Origin: Alphaproteobacteria bacterium
GTDB lineage: Bacteria; Pseudomonadota; Alphaproteobacteria; SHVV01
NCBI GenBank assembly: GCA_965224275.1
Contig: CBDCYR010000005.1
Location: forward strand, 386,903 to 450,902
Length of the DNA stretch: 64,000 nucleotides
Direction of reading: 5' to 3'
Shown here: in pieces, positions 29,499 through 39,338 of the stretch
How positions within the stretch are numbered: position 1 is the stretch's first letter
Layout of the letters: the number at the start of each line of letters is the position of its first letter
Notes under the pieces: model-generated
Told to the model about the DNA's origin: nothing
The model's input: the letters and a program-made list of their open reading frames with translations, nothing else
Database searches by the model: none
Position numbers and translations under genes: made by a program

Positions 29499-30403
29499 TA
29501 ACAGTACCTTGCGAGCCGCCTTGTGAGGAGTCGGATGTTGGCGACAAGAATCCATGCCTGTGCGGAGGCGATTGATTTCTCCCAATCCTTGGCCAGTCGA
29601 CGGCATCGGTTGAGCCAGGCGAAGGTCCTCTCGACGACCCATCGTCTGGGCAGGAGCTCGAAGCCCTGGGCGGTGTCTGAGCGCTTGATGATCTCGAGCT
29701 TCCAGCGGCCGATGTCCTCAAGGGCGCCCTCGAGTTTCGGTCCCGCGTAGGCGGCGTCGGCGAAGAGGTGACGCAGCCGGGGGAAGCGATGACGGATCGA
29801 TTTGAGGACCTCGGGCGCGCCGTCGCGGTCCTGGATATCGGCTGCGTGCACGATCAGGCCGACCAGCAGGCCGAGTGTATCGGTGACGATGTGACGCTTG
29901 CGGCCCTTGATCTTCTTGCCCGCGTCATAGCCCCGAACACCACCGCTTTCCGTGGTTTTCACGCTCTGGCTGTCGATCACCCCGGCGCTCGGGCCGGCCT
30001 CGCGTCCTTCCAGCTCCCGGGCCGCCATGACCAGGTGATGGTTGATGCTCTCCAGCAGGCCGTTGGAGCGCCAGTCGTAGAAATAGCGCTGGACCGTGGA
30101 AGGCGGAGGGAAGTCGTTCGGCAACATCGCCCACTGGCAGCCCGTCGAGGCCATGTACATGACCGCATCCATGACATGGCGCAGGTCCGTCGTCCTCGGC
30201 CGGCCGATCTTCTTGCGCGGCGGCATGAGCGGCGCGATCAACGCCCACTCTCGATCCGTCAGGTCGCTTGCGTAGCGCCCGCCACGGCGCTCATAATTCG
30301 GGCGAGTGATTTCGGTCCACATGTTGTGCCTCCTCGTTTGCTTTGACACAACCGAGTAAGCCACAACCGACTGAAATCACTCAACTAGTTTCGGGTTGGC
30401 CTC
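29472..30403 (-). mobile_element. IS5-family insertion sequence copy 2, 932 bp, TSD TTA
   Basis: Identical to copy 1. TTA at 29469-29471 and 30404-30406. Confidence 0.9.
29489..30364 (-). CDS. IS5-family transposase
   Basis: Identical protein to copy 1. Confidence 0.85.
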   Translation of the reverse strand: MAYSVVSKQTRRHNMWTEITRPNYERRGGRYASDLTDREWALIAPLMPPRKKIGRPRTTDLRHVMDAVMYMASTGCQWAMLPNDFPPPSTVQRYFYDWRSNGLLESINHHLVMAARELEGREAGPSAGVIDSQSVKTTESGGVRGYDAGKKIKGRKRHIVTDTLGLLVGLIVHAADIQDRDGAPEVLKSIRHRFPRLRHLFADAAYAGPKLEGALEDIGRWKLEIIKRSDTAQGFELLPRRWVVERTFAWLNRCRRLAKDWEKSIASAQAWILVANIRLLTRRLARYCYQT

Positions 30404-30503
30404 TTAGAGAAGTAACGCCAGGACAGCGGACAACGACACCAACGTCCCTCTCGCAAGCGAACAAGGATTTGCCGCACCTCGACAAGCTCCCTCGCCCTTC
30501 GGG

Positions 30504-30968
30504 GTGAGGATGAAAAACATATGGCAACAACAGGACGCGCACGGTATGGCCGAGTCCAACAAAGAGCGGCTAATTATAACCCGCTTCATTGAAGAGGTTT
30601 GGTCTCAAGGCAATGTCGACGCTGCCGACGACTACCTGGCGCCGCACTACACCCTCCATCACGATCCCGGTGATCCATGGGATGGTCAAACGCTTGACCT
30701 CATAGGCTACAAAGATCGCGTTCGACGCTCGCGAGCACCTTTCCCTGATCAACGCTTCACCATCCAAGAGTTGATCGCCGAGCACGACCGCGTCGTCGCG
30801 ACGTGGCAGTGGCGCGGTACCCACCAGGAGGACATCCCGGGCTTCCCGGCCTCTGGCAAATCGATCGCCATGTCGGGGATGACTGTCTATATCTTCGACG
30901 GCGATCGTATCGCCGGCCACTGGCAGATTGTCGACCGCTTAAGCGTCTACCAACAATTATCCGCCTAA
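30504..30968 (+). CDS. SnoaL-like / NTF2-fold small protein (ester cyclase-like); start uncertain (ATG 30504, 30510 or 30546)
   Basis: About 140-154 aa with EEVWSQGNVDAADDYLAPHY SnoaL-like N-terminus. Confidence 0.5.
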   Translation: MRMKNIWQQQDAHGMAESNKERLIITRFIEEVWSQGNVDAADDYLAPHYTLHHDPGDPWDGQTLDLIGYKDRVRRSRAPFPDQRFTIQELIAEHDRVVATWQWRGTHQEDIPGFPASGKSIAMSGMTVYIFDGDRIAGHWQIVDRLSVYQQLSA

Positions 30969-31223
30969 ACGCCATCGCGCCCCGTCGTGGTCTCGATGTT
31001 TGGCTAAGTTGGGGCCTAATTGCTTTGCGATAATCGCCGCACGATTTTCGTTATCTCCGCGCCAATCAATTCGGCGCCGGCGTTCGAAACGTAGTCGTAT
31101 CCAAATACAGCACACGTCCGTCGGCGCTGTTGACGCATCGACCTTTTATCTGCGAATCACAGAAAATCTCATGCGGCTGGCTTGGTCGTGGTGCATTCAA
31201 GCATCGTGAAGAAAGCGCCTTGG

Positions 31224-32087
31224 TTAAGTTCCCAACGACCCGTAGGTATCCGGTCTGCGGTCGCGATAGAACTGCCAGGTGTCGCGGGTTTTGCGAATTT
31301 GGTCGAGGTCTAAGTCGGCCACGACAAGCCCGTCATCGTCGTAGGGCGCCTGCGCGACGATCTCGCCGCGGGGATTTGCGAAGTAACTGCCGCCGTAGAA
31401 CTGTCCACGATTCCACGGCGGTTCCATACCCACCCGGTTGATAGTGCCGATGAATATGCTGTTGGCGACGGCCGCGGCGGGTTGCTCGAGCTCCCACAAA
31501 TGATCGCTCAGGCCGCGTGTTGTCGCTGATGGATTGATAACCAGTTCGGCACCCGCCAGTGCGAGCGCTCGCCAACCCTCGGGGAAATGGCGGTCATAAC
31601 AGATGTAGACACCGAGCCGGCAATAGGCGGTTTCGAACACGGGGTAACCGAGGTCGCCCGGTTTGAAGAACAATTTTTCGTTGTAGCCGACCAGTTGCGG
31701 AATGTGGCTCTTGCGATAGCTCCCGAGATAACTGCCATCGGCATCGATGACCGCCGCCGAGTTGTAATAGACACCCGTGATGGTCCGTTCGTAGACCGGC
31801 ACCACCAGCACCATCTCGTGATCGCGCGCCACGCCCTGCATCGCGGCTATCGTCGGCCCGTCCGGAATAGGTTCGGCGGCCGCATACCAGCTCACGTCCT
31901 CCGACGCCGGGAAATAGGGCAGGTTGAAGATTTCCTGCAGCCCAAGCACTTGGACGCCTTGCCGCGCCGCGTTCTCGATCAGCGGCAAGTGAGCGGCGAT
32001 CATTTTCTCAGCGATCGCGGCGGGCGGGTCCGTCTCCGCATCGCCGCGCAAGCTCATCTGAATGAGGCCCGCCTTAATCACTGCCAT
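31224..32087 (-). CDS. Carbon-nitrogen hydrolase (nitrilase superfamily), paralogue B
   Basis: Blocks YYNSAAVIDADGS.LG.YRK.HIP and WQFYRDRRPDTY shared with 24294-25124. Confidence 0.75.
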   Translation of the reverse strand: MAVIKAGLIQMSLRGDAETDPPAAIAEKMIAAHLPLIENAARQGVQVLGLQEIFNLPYFPASEDVSWYAAAEPIPDGPTIAAMQGVARDHEMVLVVPVYERTITGVYYNSAAVIDADGSYLGSYRKSHIPQLVGYNEKLFFKPGDLGYPVFETAYCRLGVYICYDRHFPEGWRALALAGAELVINPSATTRGLSDHLWELEQPAAAVANSIFIGTINRVGMEPPWNRGQFYGGSYFANPRGEIVAQAPYDDDGLVVADLDLDQIRKTRDTWQFYRDRRPDTYGSLGT

Positions 32088-33028
32088 CTTATCCGCCCGT
32101 TCGCAGTGGGGTCTTCGACCAAAGGCCTACATCGCGTCCATGCGCAGTGTGGTGCCGATGGTGCTCCCCTTGGATTTGTAAAGCGCCTGATACGCTCGCT
32201 GCAGCGCGGTGCCGGATCGGCGTCTTCTTCGTAAATCACCGTCGCGGCGGCGCTGATCGTTACGGCGACCGGGCCGGCCTCGGCTTCAACGTGGGTGCTG
32301 GCAACGCGGATACGCAAACGATCGGCGACCTCCGCGGCCGACGTCGCCGGCGTCTCCGGCAACAGCATGGCAAACTCTTCGCCGCCGAGACGCCCGCAGA
32401 CGTCGGTCGTCCGCAGTTCGGCCATGATTGCGACGGCAACCGCTTTCAACAGTTCATCGCCGATATGGTGGCCATGTTCGTCATTGACCTGACGGAAATG
32501 ATCGATATCGCAGAGCACGACGGCGAGCGTGTGGCGGTGGCGCCGGGCGCGGGAAAACTCCACGTCGGCGCGATCCATGAATGTGCGCCGGTTCGAGAGC
32601 CCGGTGAGAGCATCGGTTGATGCCGCGACACGAAGGGCCTGTTCGGATTCTCGAAGATCGGTGAGGTCGCGGCCGATCAGCGCAAAATGAGTGATCCGAC
32701 CGCTCTCGTCGGGCAACGGGATGATGTTGAGTTCCAACCAATATTCGCGGCCGCTTCTGGTTTCATTGCAGACGACTTCGCGGATCGGTAGCTGCAGATC
32801 GAAGGCGCCCTGGATACGGGTCAGCGCATAGGCGGGGGTCTTGGGGCCTTGAATGATGCTGGGCGTTGCACCAATCGCTTCGGCTTCAGTCAGCCCGGTA
32901 ATCTCAGCGAACGCGTCGTTGATGTAGACGATGGTCGGGCCTTCGCCGCGTTGCGCCGCAATCGACGTCACCATCACAGCGTCACTACTCAAGCGAACGA
33001 TATCGCGAAATGAAAACCCGTCTGTCAT
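32078..33028 (-). CDS. PAS-GGDEF diguanylate cyclase
   Basis: GGEEF active-site motif (RLGGEEFAML). N-terminal PAS-like region. Confidence 0.7.
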   Translation of the reverse strand: MTDGFSFRDIVRLSSDAVMVTSIAAQRGEGPTIVYINDAFAEITGLTEAEAIGATPSIIQGPKTPAYALTRIQGAFDLQLPIREVVCNETRSGREYWLELNIIPLPDESGRITHFALIGRDLTDLRESEQALRVAASTDALTGLSNRRTFMDRADVEFSRARRHRHTLAVVLCDIDHFRQVNDEHGHHIGDELLKAVAVAIMAELRTTDVCGRLGGEEFAMLLPETPATSAAEVADRLRIRVASTHVEAEAGPVAVTISAAATVIYEEDADPAPRCSERIRRFTNPRGAPSAPHCAWTRCRPLVEDPTANGRIRWQ

Positions 33029-33089
33029 CGCCTACGCCAACCAACCACGATAGGGACACACTTAGCGGACCACGACAATACCTTGCGAC

Positions 33090-34148
33090 TCATCGTTCGC
33101 GTGCCGCCGCTTTGACATGGTTAAGCCGTTCAAACAACGCATCGTAACTCGGCACCACACGATAGTGGGCGCAGCGGGAAATTTCCTCCTCTAACGAGTC
33201 CCATTGGATTGCGGCCAGATGATCGGCACTGAAAGCCGCCATTACTGTGGGATCGGCCATCTGCACCACCGGATTAACCGTACCCTCGCTCAGGGCCACC
33301 GACACGGCAACGGCCGGCCGCAACAAATAGTCGAGAAAATCCTCGGCCAAGGCGGGCGCGGCTGCGCCGGCAAGCACCGAGGTTACTTCGGCGAACACGA
33401 TACCGCCTTTACCCTCGATCGGGCCGCGTTTAGGCGTGATCGCCCGGATGTTGTGGTGGCCCTCGAGACGCGCCGGTGAGGCGCTGAACACGCCGCCCGA
33501 TAGGTAGAAATCGATCTCACCGTTCACCAACGCGCGATTCATGGCGATGTGATCGGGGGTCATCACGGTCGCACCGTCGAACCATCGGCTTGCCGCCTCC
33601 GTAAAACGGTCGAGATCGTCGTCGTTTTTTGGCTCGAACGGGTCGAGACCGGTGCCGATACAGATGTGGAACACATTGAAATCGTCATATTCAAGAACCC
33701 CGTATCGTCCGGTGTGACGGGGATCGTCTACCAGATGAAAGCCCTGGTCTTCCGCCGCATCGCGCGAAATCCGATCGCTGTTGACCACCAGATTGAACGG
33801 ACCGAAGCGTTGACAGATGCCGATCAGGGCGCTGCCGTCGGCGTCTTTGGCCCACTGATAGAGATCGGCAAACTGCGGCAACCACCCGGCTACGCAGGCC
33901 CCGAAGCGATCCCCATCGAGCTCCCGGATCAAACCCCGTGGATGGAGCACATCGCGCACAAAAGGGTTGTTCAAATTTACGACGTCCCAAGCGTCGGCCT
34001 CGGGCCCGGCCAGACGATCCACCGTTCCCGCGTCCGAGACGTGGGCCTCACCGCGCACCGTAATCCCGTGCTCGGCGGCAAAGGGATCGAGCAATGCCGG
34101 ATAATCGTAGCCTTCCCAACACAGCACGTTGAGGTCTGAGCGAGCCAT
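33090..34148 (-). CDS. Periplasmic-binding-protein-fold protein (PotD/PotF-like SBP family 1) without obvious signal peptide
   Basis: 352 aa. Weak family assignment by fold-typical spacing only; N-terminus MARSDLNVLCWEGY has no signal sequence. Confidence 0.35.
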   Translation of the reverse strand: MARSDLNVLCWEGYDYPALLDPFAAEHGITVRGEAHVSDAGTVDRLAGPEADAWDVVNLNNPFVRDVLHPRGLIRELDGDRFGACVAGWLPQFADLYQWAKDADGSALIGICQRFGPFNLVVNSDRISRDAAEDQGFHLVDDPRHTGRYGVLEYDDFNVFHICIGTGLDPFEPKNDDDLDRFTEAASRWFDGATVMTPDHIAMNRALVNGEIDFYLSGGVFSASPARLEGHHNIRAITPKRGPIEGKGGIVFAEVTSVLAGAAAPALAEDFLDYLLRPAVAVSVALSEGTVNPVVQMADPTVMAAFSADHLAAIQWDSLEEEISRCAHYRVVPSYDALFERLNHVKAAARER

Positions 34149-34167
34149 CTCTGCGCGCGCAAGCAGC

Positions 34168-35145
34168 TCAGGTATCGAGCGCGGATTCGTGGAACAGTTG
34201 TTCGACCGGGATCGGACGGTCGATCAGCTTCTGGTCGGCAACGTAGCCGATGAACTGCTCGATGTTGGCGCGGTTGGCGGCTAGGCCCGAGGGGAACAAG
34301 TCCTCACCCAGCGTATCGCGCTGCCATTCAAACTCATTGCGCGCAAACACCAGCAGTGAGAACCCCGGATCCTCGTAGAACTCCGCCGTCTTGCGCTTGG
34401 CATCCTCCCAGCAGTCGATCATCGCGCGCGGCAACCAGGGATCCGCCTCGACGAGTTCGCGCGCGAATACCAGTAAATGCATGATCGGGCAGTAGCCGAA
34501 CTTCTCGAAGTGAAGCAGTGATTCGGCGCGCGCGTCGGGGAACAGGCGTCGCACCCGGTCCGGGTTGGCCAACACGGCCGACGGCGGCAGCGGGTGAAAC
34601 ATCGCGTCAAGTTCACCGTCGACCAGCATCTGGCCGGCGTCCTTGCCCTCGGGAATGTTCTGGACAGAGATTCCATCTCCGGCCCACGGTAACTCCTCGT
34701 GATATTGGATATGCCAGTCGATATCTTGCCAGGGTACGCCGTACTCCGATTTGAGATCGCCCTTCGCCAGCACGCACAACGTGGTTTGGAACGACCACAC
34801 GCCTACCCGCTTGCCGATCAGGTCGGTCGGCTTGTCGATCCCGGCATCGACATTGACAAACATGCAACTCTGGCTGAATAGCCGGCGTGGGAACACCGGT
34901 GTCGCCACGAAATCATCGCTGCGGCTCGACGACATGATGTAGGACGCCAACGATTGCTCGCAGATATCGAATTCGCGATCGCGAAACATGCGTCCATGAC
35001 GATCGATACCGTCACGTCGGCCCGGATCAAAACCGACGCCAACCTCGAGCGCCTTGAATTCGATCCCCTCCGGCGCCGCGACCGTTCCCATAAAGAAGGG
35101 CGCGTGACGGTCGAGCCGTTCAAGAGCAATCGTAAGGGTTCGCAT
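34168..35145 (-). CDS. NMT1/THI5-like (SsuA-fold) protein, 4,5-dihydroxyphthalate decarboxylase-like
   Basis: 325 aa. Assignment by recollection of PhtD/NMT1-like family features; low confidence. Confidence 0.35.
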   Translation of the reverse strand: MRTLTIALERLDRHAPFFMGTVAAPEGIEFKALEVGVGFDPGRRDGIDRHGRMFRDREFDICEQSLASYIMSSSRSDDFVATPVFPRRLFSQSCMFVNVDAGIDKPTDLIGKRVGVWSFQTTLCVLAKGDLKSEYGVPWQDIDWHIQYHEELPWAGDGISVQNIPEGKDAGQMLVDGELDAMFHPLPPSAVLANPDRVRRLFPDARAESLLHFEKFGYCPIMHLLVFARELVEADPWLPRAMIDCWEDAKRKTAEFYEDPGFSLLVFARNEFEWQRDTLGEDLFPSGLAANRANIEQFIGYVADQKLIDRPIPVEQLFHESALDT

Positions 35146-35452
35146 ACCGGCCTCGTCGAGGTTTGGTTAGGGACCGCGCGGGCGCTGCAGCGGCCCTGCT
35201 GCCGCGCAACTAAGACGCGATAACGTATACGGTTTCCGGCCGAAAACCATCATGTGGCCATCTGTTTTGCAGAGTTCGGCAGATCATTCCATGACTACCC
35301 GCCGACATCGGCGCGCTGGCGTGTGGGTTGATGGATGATGTGTAAAATGCCGGCATCATTAACCTAAGTTGGTGAGCGCCGAACATTATCGGTCAGGGTT
35401 GCGAGTGATCGGCGCACCATTCACACTGGGCGATCGAACCAGGAGCAAAGTT

Positions 35453-36553
35453 ATGTTTCTCAGGAATTACTGGTACGCAGCAGGGTTTAGCGAGGAAGTC
35501 GGACGCGATTTTCTCGCCCGCACTTATCTCAACGAAGACGTGGTGATCTTCCGTAAGGAAGACGGCACGCCGGTCGCATTGGAAAACCGTTGCGCCCATC
35601 GCCGCCTGCCCTTGTCGATGGGTAAGCTGATCGGCGATACCGTCGAGTGCGGCTATCACGGTTTGCTCTACGATTGCGCCGGCGCCTGCATCAAGATTCC
35701 AGGCCAGGACCGTGTTCCTAAAGGCACCGGCGTCAAGTCCTACCCGATTGTTGAGCGGCACCGTTATCTATGGATCTGGATGGGCGATCCTAAACGCGCC
35801 GATGAGGCGGAGATTCCCGATTTCAGCCGCATCGACGATCCCGCCTATGGCGTCTCCAACATCAAGCTTCGCCACAATGCCCACGTGCAACTCCTTATCG
35901 ATAATTTGATGGATTTATCACATCTTGCTTATGTCCACAGCACCACCACGGGAAGCCCGCAAATTGCCGAGCTCGCCGAGGTCGATACCATCCGTGAGGG
36001 CAACACAGTCAGCGTCAAGCGATGGATGGAGGATGTACCGGCACCGCGAACCCACCGCGAATTTGGCGGCTACAATGGCAATATGGATAGCTGGCAGGTA
36101 TCGGAGTTCAGTCCCCCAACCTATGTACGCGTTAGCTACGGTTCGCGCGGGACCGGCAACGGCGTGCCCAAAACCGACTGGTTCGACGATCAGGGACACT
36201 GGGGGTTCTACGTGTTTCACGGCCTGACGCCCGAGACCGATATGACGGCCCATCAATTCCGCTACATCGCCTTCGCAAAAGGCATCGGCAATAAGAAGCA
36301 AACCAAGGAGTTCATCCGTCAGTGCGATCAGATCATCACCGAGGACGCGGTTGTCTTCCCGATCCAGCAACGGGCCATCAACGATGATCTAGCCGAAACC
36401 GACGCCTGGAACATCAACGAACGGGTCCGCTTGATCCACGACGGTGGCCTCCTGCAATCGCGCCAGATCGTTGAGGATTTGTTGGCCCAGCAAGCCGCCA
36501 AGAAAAAGAAATCGGCGCGTAAAAAGCCCGGCAAACGCGCCGCTGCCCGTTAA
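35453..36553 (+). CDS. VanA-like Rieske oxygenase (vanillate O-demethylase oxygenase / KshA-type), copy 1, with Lys/Arg-rich C-terminal tail
   Basis: AGGAG RBS then ATG 35453 (MFLRNYWYAAGF). CAHRRLPLS...CGYHGL Rieske motif. Tail AAKKKKSARKKPGKRAAAR. Confidence 0.8.
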   Translation: MFLRNYWYAAGFSEEVGRDFLARTYLNEDVVIFRKEDGTPVALENRCAHRRLPLSMGKLIGDTVECGYHGLLYDCAGACIKIPGQDRVPKGTGVKSYPIVERHRYLWIWMGDPKRADEAEIPDFSRIDDPAYGVSNIKLRHNAHVQLLIDNLMDLSHLAYVHSTTTGSPQIAELAEVDTIREGNTVSVKRWMEDVPAPRTHREFGGYNGNMDSWQVSEFSPPTYVRVSYGSRGTGNGVPKTDWFDDQGHWGFYVFHGLTPETDMTAHQFRYIAFAKGIGNKKQTKEFIRQCDQIITEDAVVFPIQQRAINDDLAETDAWNINERVRLIHDGGLLQSRQIVEDLLAQQAAKKKKSARKKPGKRAAAR

Positions 36554-36573
36554 CGTTTCCAAGGAAGATCAAC

Positions 36574-37734
36574 ATGTTTCTGAGAAACCACTGGTACGTG
36601 GCCGCTTGGAGCGATGAACTCGGCAAAGACCCGCTCGCGGTCAAAATGCTCAATGAAGACGTCATGCTTTATCGCAAGCAGGATGGAACGCCGGTCGCGC
36701 TCGAAGATCGCTGCGCCCATCGCCGGCTACCGCTTTCGGAAGGAAAACTGATCGGCGACACCGTCGAGTGCGCCTATCACGGCCTCACCTATGATTGCAA
36801 TGGTACCTGCATCAAGGTCCCCGGTCAGGGCCGCTGGCCCAAGAAACTGGGCGTCAAATCATATCCGGTCGTCGAACGGCACCGGTTTATCTACGTCTGG
36901 ATGGGTGATGTCGAGGACGCCGAGGAGGCGCTGATCATCGATTTCCCGCTCCTGACCGACCCCGCATGGGGGGTGACCAAGATCCACCTCGATATCAAGG
37001 CCAACTACCTCCTGATCATCGACAACCTGCTCGAACTCAGCCACGTCGCCTACCTTCATTCGTCGACCATTGGCAACGCCCCGGTCGCCGAAGACGCCTA
37101 TGTTGCCTTCCATCGCGAGGGTAACGCAGTCCGGGTGATGCGTGAAATGGTCGACGTGCCGGCAGCCCGTACCTATGCCGAGTTCGGCGGTGAAGTCGCC
37201 AATTTCGATCGCTGGCAGACCTCGGAATTTCGCCCGCCCGCTTATTTCCTGATCAACAACGGGTCTGAAGCCACCGGTCGCCGGGCACCGGGCGACCATC
37301 GGCTGTGGGATCGCGGCGAGTGGGGCTTCCAGGTCTATCACGGGATCACCCCCGCCACCGAGAAGACCACGCATCAGTTTTGGGCGATCTGCCACCCCTT
37401 GGCGATGGTCCCTAAAAAGGGCCGCAAGGAGTTTTATCGCCAGTGTCATGAGGTGATCTGGGAAGACGTTGGCGTCTACCAGGCGCAACAGGTTTCACTC
37501 GACACCGATCCCGAGGGTCCGAGCGCCGACAACGTCAACGCCAAGGTGCGAATTGATTACGACGGCGCGTTCTTCGAAGCACGCCGAGTCATCAAGCGGA
37601 TGCTGAAAGAGGAAGCCGCGGCCGCGAAAGCCAAAAGGGCGCGCAAGTCGAAAAAGCGCGGCCGCAAGACTGCTCCGGTTGCCTGGATTTCTGTGCGCGG
37701 CGAACAGCAAGCACACCAACAGGCTGCTGAATAG
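36574..37734 (+). CDS. VanA-like Rieske oxygenase, copy 2, with Lys/Arg-rich C-terminal tail
   Basis: AAGGAAG RBS. MFLRNHWYVAAWSDE; CAHRRLPLS...CAYHGL. Tail AKAKRARKSKKRGRK. Confidence 0.8.
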   Translation: MFLRNHWYVAAWSDELGKDPLAVKMLNEDVMLYRKQDGTPVALEDRCAHRRLPLSEGKLIGDTVECAYHGLTYDCNGTCIKVPGQGRWPKKLGVKSYPVVERHRFIYVWMGDVEDAEEALIIDFPLLTDPAWGVTKIHLDIKANYLLIIDNLLELSHVAYLHSSTIGNAPVAEDAYVAFHREGNAVRVMREMVDVPAARTYAEFGGEVANFDRWQTSEFRPPAYFLINNGSEATGRRAPGDHRLWDRGEWGFQVYHGITPATEKTTHQFWAICHPLAMVPKKGRKEFYRQCHEVIWEDVGVYQAQQVSLDTDPEGPSADNVNAKVRIDYDGAFFEARRVIKRMLKEEAAAAKAKRARKSKKRGRKTAPVAWISVRGEQQAHQQAAE

Positions 37735-38406
37735 GCGATCACGGAGGTATCGGTGTTTCTGAGAGATTATTGGTACCTCGCGGCCTGGGCGCGTGACGTT
37801 GGGCGCGATCCGCTCGGGCGCGTGATGCTCGGCGAACCCGTGGTCTTGTTCCGCAAGCAGGACGGCACGCCTGTCGCTTTGGAAGACCGTTGCATTCACC
37901 GCCGCCTGCCGTTGTCGATGGGCAAGATGATCGGCGACGAGTTGCAATGCCATTACCACGGCCTGGTGTTCGACTGTTCGGGCGCGTGCGTCAAAATCCC
38001 GGGTCAGGATCGGGTCCCCAAATCGGCCCGGGTCAGGAGCTACCCCGTCGTCGAGCGCAATCAATGCGTCTTTGTCTGGATGGGCGATCCCGCCCAACCG
38101 GACGAGTCAAGGATCCCCACCCACTTTAACCTGCTCGATGAAGAGGGCTGGACCTCGAGCCTGGTCTATCGCCCGGTACGTTGCCACTACGAACTGATCA
38201 ACGACAATCTTCTCGATCTGTCCCACCTTGCCACGGTGCACGCCTCGACCGTCGGCACCGGCCACGTTGCCGATTTCGCCGATGTCGAAACCGAGCACGA
38301 GGGTCATCACATCAAAGTTTCACGCTGGACGATGGACGTGCCGGCCGCGACCACCTATCAGCAGTTCGGCAATTACGAGAGCAATATCGACCGTTGGCAG
38401 GTCTCA

Positions 38407-39338
38407 GAGTCCGACTCGAAACTCTATGTTTGATAACAGTACCTTGCGAGCCGCCTTGTGAGGAGTCGGATGTTGGCGACAAGAATCCATGCCTGTGCGG
38501 AGGCGATTGATTTCTCCCAATCCTTGGCCAGTCGACGGCATCGGTTGAGCCAGGCGAAGGTCCTCTCGACGACCCATCGTCTGGGCAGGAGCTCGAAGCC
38601 CTGGGCGGTGTCTGAGCGCTTGATGATCTCGAGCTTCCAGCGGCCGATGTCCTCAAGGGCGCCCTCGAGTTTCGGTCCCGCGTAGGCGGCGTCGGCGAAG
38701 AGGTGACGCAGCCGGGGGAAGCGATGACGGATCGATTTGAGGACCTCGGGCGCGCCGTCACGGTCCTGGATATCGGCTGCGTGCACGATCAGGCCGACCA
38801 GCAGGCCGAGTGTATCGGTGACGATGTGACGCTTGCGGCCCTTGATCTTCTTGCCCGCGTCATAGCCCCGAACACCACCGCTTTCCGTGGTTTTCACGCT
38901 CTGGCTGTCGATCACCCCGGCGCTCGGGCCGGCCTCGCGTCCTTCCAGCTCCCGGGCCGCCATGACCAGGTGATGGTTGATGCTCTCCAGCAGGCCGTTG
39001 GAGCGCCAGTCGTAGAAATAGCGCTGGACCGTGGAAGGCGGAGGGAAGTCGTTCGGCAACATCGCCCACTGGCAGCCCGTCGAGGCCATGTACATGACCG
39101 CATCCATGACATGGCGCAGGTCCGTCGTCCTCGGCCGGCCGATCTTCTTGCGCGGCGGCATGAGCGGCGCGATCAACGCCCACTCTCGATCCGTCAGGTC
39201 GCTTGCGTAGCGCCCGCCACGGCGCTCATAATTCGGGCGAGTGATTTCGGTCCACATGTTGTGCCTCCTCGTTTGCTTTGACACAACCGAGTAAGCCACA
39301 ACCGACTGAAATCACTCAACTAGTTTCGGGTTGGCCTC
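38407..39338 (-). mobile_element. IS5-family insertion sequence copy 3, 932 bp, TSD TCA
   Basis: TCA at 38404-38406 and 39339-39341. One nucleotide difference from copies 1 and 2. Confidence 0.9.
38424..39299 (-). CDS. IS5-family transposase
   Basis: Identical protein to copies 1 and 2. Confidence 0.85.
   Translation of the reverse strand: MAYSVVSKQTRRHNMWTEITRPNYERRGGRYASDLTDREWALIAPLMPPRKKIGRPRTTDLRHVMDAVMYMASTGCQWAMLPNDFPPPSTVQRYFYDWRSNGLLESINHHLVMAARELEGREAGPSAGVIDSQSVKTTESGGVRGYDAGKKIKGRKRHIVTDTLGLLVGLIVHAADIQDRDGAPEVLKSIRHRFPRLRHLFADAAYAGPKLEGALEDIGRWKLEIIKRSDTAQGFELLPRRWVVERTFAWLNRCRRLAKDWEKSIASAQAWILVANIRLLTRRLARYCYQT

Noticed and set aside
30404-30503. Hairpin CTCGCCCttcgGGGTGAG between IS5 copy 2 and the SnoaL-like gene
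   Set aside because: Imperfect stem (G-T mismatch) and no T-tract. Insufficient to call a terminator or riboswitch.
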